64,000 bases of DNA from Oscillospiraceae bacterium (GTDB taxonomy: Bacteria; Bacillota; Clostridia; Oscillospirales; CAG-272): contig SVRS01000004.1 in assembly GCA_015064695.1 (NCBI GenBank), positions 32,557 through 96,556 of the forward strand, given 5' to 3'. The notes beneath the pieces were generated by a model, which was not told the origin of the DNA, did not search any database, and was given only the letters and a program-made list of their open reading frames with translations. Below are positions 59,780 to 64,000 of this stretch, one piece after another. Within the stretch, counting starts at the first letter, position 1, and every line of letters begins with the position of its first letter. A program made the translations under genes and the position numbers.

Positions 59780-59865
59780 CGCGTCCCACCCGGCGTGAAG
59801 GGATTTTGTGTAACGAAGCGAAATAATTCCGTCAATGATCCTTGCGACGATTTTTTGAGGCCTCC
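59780..59865 (-). repeat. Degenerate half-copy of the MITE family (relic E), inverted next to copy D
   Basis: GAAGGGATTTTGTGTAACGAAGCGAAATAATTCCGTCAATGATCCTTGCGACGATTTTTTGAGGCCTCC aligns with the right half of copy B (GAAGGGTTTTTGTAAAGTATGACGGAAAAGATTCCGCCGATTCTCCGTGCGATGAATTTTTAGAGGTTCCC). Confidence 0.45.
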
Positions 59866-59907
59866 TGCAACAAGCAGAATCGCCCCAAAGCCGACCGTAT
59901 TTGTTTT

Positions 59908-60068
59908 GGGAACCTCTAAAAATTCATCGCATGGAGAATCGACGGAATCTTTTCCGTCATACTTCACAAAAATCCTTCGCGTAGACTCCACTACGCGCGC
60001 GGACTTTTGTTGCGTCTGACAAAAAATCTTCTCGCCGCTCTCCGCACGCTGAATATTTAGAGGTCCCC
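59908..60068 (+). mobile_element. MITE-like 161-bp TIR element, copy D
   Basis: Same sequence as copy A by eye. Flanked by TTTT on both sides. Located between the ftsK promoter region and the DJ-1 gene promoter. Confidence 0.7.
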
Positions 60069-60118
60069 TTTTCTCCAAAAACGTCTTCCCCGTGCTACAC
60101 AAAGCGCCCCGAAAAGCC

Positions 60119-60147
60119 TTGACAGAAGCGGCTATTCGTGGTATAAT
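60119..60147 (+). promoter_or_regulatory. Sigma-A type promoter for the DJ-1/MTHFS/CPBP genes
   Basis: TTGACA (60119..60124), 17-nt spacer, TATAAT (60142..60147). It lies just outside MITE copy D. Confidence 0.45.
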
Positions 60148-60182
60148 GAGTAATAAATTTACAGACATACGGAGGTTTTTCC

Positions 60183-60764
60183 ATGATCTATCTGTTTCTG
60201 GCGCCCGGCTTTGAGGAGGTGGAGGCGTTGGCTCCCCTGGATCTGCTCCGCCGCGCAGGGCTGAAGGTCACGACGGTGGCCATCACAGAGCCCGCCACCG
60301 AGCGAGCCGTTACCGGATCCCACAGCATCACGGTTCTGGCTGATATGTCGGGAGACGAATTCTGCCGATTTGCGGACCGTCATCTGCGGGGAGAAGAGCC
60401 CCAACCCATTGAGGCCGTGATCCTGCCCGGCGGCATGCCCGGCACCACCCACCTGGACGAATCTCCCATCGTGGATGCGGCTTTGCGCGCAGCCCACGGA
60501 CAGAATGCCTACCTCTGCGCCATCTGTGCCGCCCCCATGGTACTGGGCAAGCGCGGATATCTGAAGGGAAAGCGCGCCACCTGCTACCCCGGCTTTGAGG
60601 CTTACCTGGAGGGTGCCGAGATCGGTGGCTACGTCATCCGTGACGGAAAGGTCATCACCGCCGCCGGCATGGGCGTAGCCCAGGAATTCGGCTTGGAGAT
60701 AGTCAGCGCCCTTCTTTCCCCCGCCAGAGCCGGTGAGATCCGTGAAGCCATCCAATCCTTCTGA
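60183..60764 (+). CDS. DJ-1/PfpI (ThiJ) family protein
   Basis: MIYLFLAPGFEEVEALAPLDLLRRAG...LPGGMPG...AICAAPMVLG (nucleophile-elbow Cys). Confidence 0.85.
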   Translation: MIYLFLAPGFEEVEALAPLDLLRRAGLKVTTVAITEPATERAVTGSHSITVLADMSGDEFCRFADRHLRGEEPQPIEAVILPGGMPGTTHLDESPIVDAALRAAHGQNAYLCAICAAPMVLGKRGYLKGKRATCYPGFEAYLEGAEIGGYVIRDGKVITAAGMGVAQEFGLEIVSALLSPARAGEIREAIQSF

Positions 60765-60773
60765 GGGAACGTC

Positions 60774-61376
60774 ATGACGGATAAAACCCTCCTGCGCCGC
60801 CGCCTTTTGGAGCAGCGAAACGCCATTCCCCCCGCAGAAAAGGCTTCCGCCGAGGCCATCATTCTGGACAAACTCTTTGCACTGGATGCCTGGAAGCAGG
60901 CACCCTTGATCTGCGGATACGTTTCCGAGGGCAGCGAATTTTCCACGGAAGCCCTGTGGGCGCGGGCATCGGTCGAGGGCAAGGAATACGCCCTTCCCGT
61001 GACCGTCACCGGCGCGAGGGAGGGACGGATGATCTTTCGCCGTCTGCCGGGCTTTACCCCGGAGGCGCTGATTCCCGGTCGGTTCGGGATTCCCGAGCCC
61101 TCCGAAGATTGCCCCGCCCTGTCTCTCCGTGATTACTCTCATGCCCTCGTGATCGTTCCGGGCCTTTCCTTCGACCCAAAGGGTTACCGTATCGGGTACG
61201 GCGGCGGGTACTACGATCGCTTTCTTTCGGCCTTGGCCGAGGCGCACGTGCCCTATACGTCGGTGGGGCCGGTCTTTGGCGCGTGCCTTTCCAACGAGCT
61301 TCCCCACGAAGCCCATGATATTCCCGTAGACTACGTACTGGACGAAAGGAGGATCATCCAAGTCCATGGACACTGA
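60774..61376 (+). CDS. 5-formyltetrahydrofolate cyclo-ligase
   Basis: KTLLRRRLLEQRNAIP...VIVPGLSFDPKGYRIGYGGGYYDRFL is the MTHFS signature. Confidence 0.85.
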   Translation: MTDKTLLRRRLLEQRNAIPPAEKASAEAIILDKLFALDAWKQAPLICGYVSEGSEFSTEALWARASVEGKEYALPVTVTGAREGRMIFRRLPGFTPEALIPGRFGIPEPSEDCPALSLRDYSHALVIVPGLSFDPKGYRIGYGGGYYDRFLSALAEAHVPYTSVGPVFGACLSNELPHEAHDIPVDYVLDERRIIQVHGH

Positions 61377-62412
61377 ATCGAATCATTCCCCCATTGAAGC
61401 ATCCGAAGAGACTCCGACCTCCTCAAAGGGCTTCTTTTCCCGTCTTTCCCCCAAAAAGCAGGCTTTTCTCAAGGGTCACGCCGCAGTATCCAATTCCGCC
61501 ACCATCCTGGCGCTGGTCATATACGCCCTACTGCTGCTATCCCGTCTGATCGATTCCGCCTTTCTCTCCCGCGAAAGCGAATACCTGTCGGTCATCCTGC
61601 TCCAGCTTCTGATCTTCCCCATTCCCGCCTACCTGTACATTCGTCTGAAGCCCAAGGAATTTACCCATGCCCTCCGCCTGAAGGGCCTACGGCTGTCTCA
61701 CCTGTTCCTGCTCCTGTCGGGCTCGGCCATCCTGATCTGCGGATGCACCCTGCTGGGTATGCTCTGCGGCATGATGACGGCCCAGCCGTCCTTCACCCTG
61801 TACGATACCTTCGCCTCGGTCAATGACGGCTCCGTGGGTGCCACCATCCGCCTGGCCCTGGCCTACGGCCTGCTTCCCGCCTTTTGCGAGGAGCTGGTCT
61901 TCCGCGGGATCTTCTGCGCCGAGCATGAACGGTACGGTATCCTCTACGCCTCCGTAATCAGCGCCCTTTTCTTTGGATTTCTGCACTTTGATCTGACGGC
62001 GCTCCCCGTTTACCTGTTCGCGGGCATGCTCCTGTCCCTGATCATGTACGTGACTCGCTCTCTGGCGGCCGCCATGATCGTACATCTTTGCTACAACCTG
62101 TTCGGCATTTTCGTCCAGGCCGGTCTTTCGGGCTACTGCAGAGGCACAGGCAGTGTGGGTCTGCTGGTGGTTCTGCTCCTGGCTCTGTTGATCCTCTCCG
62201 CCGCCTTTTTCTGCGGTGAGGTTGCCCGCATCCTGCGCCGACGCGCCCGCGCCGACCTCTTGAATGACCCCGAAAGCCGGACCACTCCCGGCCTCAACCG
62301 CCTCCCCGCCAGGAAATGGCCCCGGGCGCTCCTTTCGGCCTTCGCGTCCCCCGCCGGGATCGCAGCAGTCCTTCTCTGGCTCCTTGGTGTCGTGATCAAT
62401 CTGATCCAATAA
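61366..62412 (+). CDS. CPBP-family intramembrane protease (second copy in window)
   Basis: EELVFRGIF, FGFLHF and HLCYNLF motifs in a polytopic protein. It overlaps the preceding gene by 11 nt. Confidence 0.7.
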   Translation: MDTESNHSPIEASEETPTSSKGFFSRLSPKKQAFLKGHAAVSNSATILALVIYALLLLSRLIDSAFLSRESEYLSVILLQLLIFPIPAYLYIRLKPKEFTHALRLKGLRLSHLFLLLSGSAILICGCTLLGMLCGMMTAQPSFTLYDTFASVNDGSVGATIRLALAYGLLPAFCEELVFRGIFCAEHERYGILYASVISALFFGFLHFDLTALPVYLFAGMLLSLIMYVTRSLAAAMIVHLCYNLFGIFVQAGLSGYCRGTGSVGLLVVLLLALLILSAAFFCGEVARILRRRARADLLNDPESRTTPGLNRLPARKWPRALLSAFASPAGIAAVLLWLLGVVINLIQ

Positions 62413-62452
62413 TTTTTTACTATCATAAACCAAACAAAGAAAGAGGTATTCC

Positions 62453-63331
62453 ATGAGAACACTTTCCATCACCCGTATCAAGTCCTTTGTCGGCTGTGCT
62501 GCTCCGCTGCAAATCTACATCGAAGATTACGAAGCACCCGAAATGACCATTCTGGACACCCCCTGCCGCAAGCTGGGTAAGATCAAAAACGGCCAAACCG
62601 TCTCCTTTGAGGTCACCGAGCAGGCCGCCAAGGTATTCGTCATAGCAGACAAGCTCAGTAAGAACTACTGCAACGAATACTACCCTCTCCCTGCCGGCAT
62701 GGATCCCGTGACCCTCACGGGCAAGTGCAAATACAATCCCGCCAGCGGCAACGCCTTCCGCTTTGACGGTGTTACCGACGAGGCCGTGCTGGCCAATCGC
62801 CGCAAGGGTAAAAACAAGGGCCTGCTCGTGCTGCTTGCCGCCGTAGCCGTGGGTCTTGTCATCGGCTTCGTGGGCGGATTGGTCCGAAGCGGCATCTTTT
62901 CCTCCGAGGCCCCCGAAACCTTTGAGGGCACCGGTTACTCCATCACACTGACCGAGGATTTCGACGCCGTCAGCTACGAGGGCTACGTGGCCGCCTTTGA
63001 GGGCGAATACGCCGTGGCCATGATCTCCACCGAAACCTTCGCCTCCTATGCGCCCTTGAGCGGCATGACCGTCCCCGCCTACGGTGAGGCTCTGCGCGAC
63101 ACCTACGAGATGGATCCCGACATCCTCACCGTTACCCCTGTTCGCACCGAGAACGGTCTGTGCTACTTCTACTACACCGCCATGGTAGACGGCGACGAGT
63201 TCACCTACTGCACCTTCGTTTCCAAGGGCGTGGACGCCTTCTGGACCTTGGAGATCGCCACCTACACCGAGAACATGGAGGACATGGAGTCGGATATTCT
63301 GGAGTGGGCCAAGAGCTTCCGCGTGAACTGA
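62453..63331 (+). CDS. Hypothetical single-pass membrane protein
   Basis: AAAGAGG RBS and a central TM segment (LLVLLAAVAVGLVIGFVGGLV). No family recognised. Confidence 0.5.
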   Translation: MRTLSITRIKSFVGCAAPLQIYIEDYEAPEMTILDTPCRKLGKIKNGQTVSFEVTEQAAKVFVIADKLSKNYCNEYYPLPAGMDPVTLTGKCKYNPASGNAFRFDGVTDEAVLANRRKGKNKGLLVLLAAVAVGLVIGFVGGLVRSGIFSSEAPETFEGTGYSITLTEDFDAVSYEGYVAAFEGEYAVAMISTETFASYAPLSGMTVPAYGEALRDTYEMDPDILTVTPVRTENGLCYFYYTAMVDGDEFTYCTFVSKGVDAFWTLEIATYTENMEDMESDILEWAKSFRVN

Positions 63332-63357
63332 TTGCCGCAGCCTCCCGTTTCTCCCGC

Positions 63358-63402
63358 AAAAAAAATCCCTTCTCGCATCACCGCGAGAAGGGATTTCTGT
63401 TT
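63358..63402. terminator. Bidirectional terminator between the hypothetical gene and the nitroreductase gene
   Basis: AAAAAAATCCCTTCTCGC-ATCAC-CGCGAGAAGGGATTT followed by CTGTTTT. Confidence 0.7.
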
Positions 63403-63408
63403 TACCGC

Positions 63409-63918
63409 TTACAGCATTTTGACCGTGTCCGAGAGGGGCAGACGCTCAAAATGGCGGGGACCGGGCTGACAATCCTCGGAGGGATACCCCAACGCCAGCA
63501 AGACGTAGGGAGTCAGGTTTTCGGGCAGGTCGAAGGCCTTGGCCATGGCAGGCACGTCAAAGGCACAGATCCAGCAGGTACCCACACCCAGGGAGTGCGC
63601 CTCCAGCATCATCTGAGTGGTCACGATAGCGCAGTCCATTTCGGCCATGCAGTGATCCACCTTGGGACGGTTGCAGGCCACCTCGGTGTCCCCGCAGACC
63701 ATCAGCACCAGGTTCGAGCCGTAGCACTTCTTGACCGTCCGCATGGTGGTCAGAGCCTCCTCGGAGCGGATGACAAAAATGCGCTGAGGCTGGAAATTCA
63801 TGGCCGTGGGTGCCAGACGACCCGCCTCCAGAATCTGATTCAGAACCTCATCGGAAATAGGGGTGTCGGCAAAGGAGCGCACCGAGTAGCGGTCAGCACA
63901 AAGCTTAAGAAAATCCAT
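63409..63918 (-). CDS. Nitroreductase-family protein
   Basis: RYSVRSFADTPISDEVLNQILEAGRLAPTAMNFQPQRIFVI... is the typical NfnB/NADH-oxidase-fold N-terminus. Confidence 0.8.
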   Translation of the reverse strand: MDFLKLCADRYSVRSFADTPISDEVLNQILEAGRLAPTAMNFQPQRIFVIRSEEALTTMRTVKKCYGSNLVLMVCGDTEVACNRPKVDHCMAEMDCAIVTTQMMLEAHSLGVGTCWICAFDVPAMAKAFDLPENLTPYVLLALGYPSEDCQPGPRHFERLPLSDTVKML

Positions 63919-64000
63919 AGAATCATTCCTTTCGTGTATGGGCTCGCAGGAGCCTTATTCCATATGCCCGGTCGGCTTGTATGGGATTATTATAACACGA

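Noticed and set aside
59497-60168. 223-aa ORF (-) and 74-aa ORF 59795..60019 (+) spanning the ftsK-DJ-1 intergenic region.
   Set aside because: They run through MITE copy D and relic E. The same reading frames occur in other copies only because the repeat is the same. There is no RBS, and they overlap the ftsK 5' end.
1-64000. Transposases, integrases, phage genes, toxin-antitoxin pairs or known defence systems (RM, CBASS, retron, Abi).
   Set aside because: I scanned all ORF-track translations for DDE/HUH/tyrosine- or serine-recombinase, reverse-transcriptase, nuclease, methyltransferase and cyclase motifs. None was found, so the repeat families appear non-autonomous in this window.

Overview
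GC-rich Firmicutes/Clostridia-type chromosomal window, probably from a spore-former given a SpoVM-like micro-ORF and Gram-positive promoters and terminators. I support about 57 protein genes, one tRNA-Ser(GGA) and one T-box leader. Housekeeping genes include rarA, class-I lysRS, ygiQ, holA, glmM, glcK, fbp (class 3), lepA, rpmG-secE-nusG-rplK-rplA, lgt, ftsK and thiN. A minus-strand glycoside-hydrolase island (21.6-33.7 kb) carries 2x GH43, a GH36-like gene, a giant GH29 fucosidase, a WbsX/GH99-like gene, a GH78-like gene and a sugar-phosphate isomerase. There are two small lower-GC islets, each with an XRE regulator. No transposase, integrase, CRISPR array, rRNA or recognisable defence system is visible. 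The most unusual content is non-coding. (1) A 161-bp element with terminal inverted repeats occurs in 4 full copies, two apparently identical, plus 2 relics, each full copy flanked by matching 4-bp AT-rich duplications, so it looks like a MITE. (2) A second dispersed hairpin-plus-conserved-tail repeat family has 6 copies whose stems differ but stay perfectly paired. (3) A cluster of same-orientation DnaA boxes lies in a ~570-bp gene-free region with no dnaA nearby. (4) A T-box whose Stem I reads as a Tyr (UAC) specifier precedes a sodium:solute symporter. (5) Two complementary metallophosphoesterase fragments bracket part of the GH island in permuted order. All family calls come from reading the supplied translations for motifs. 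No database search or computation was run.
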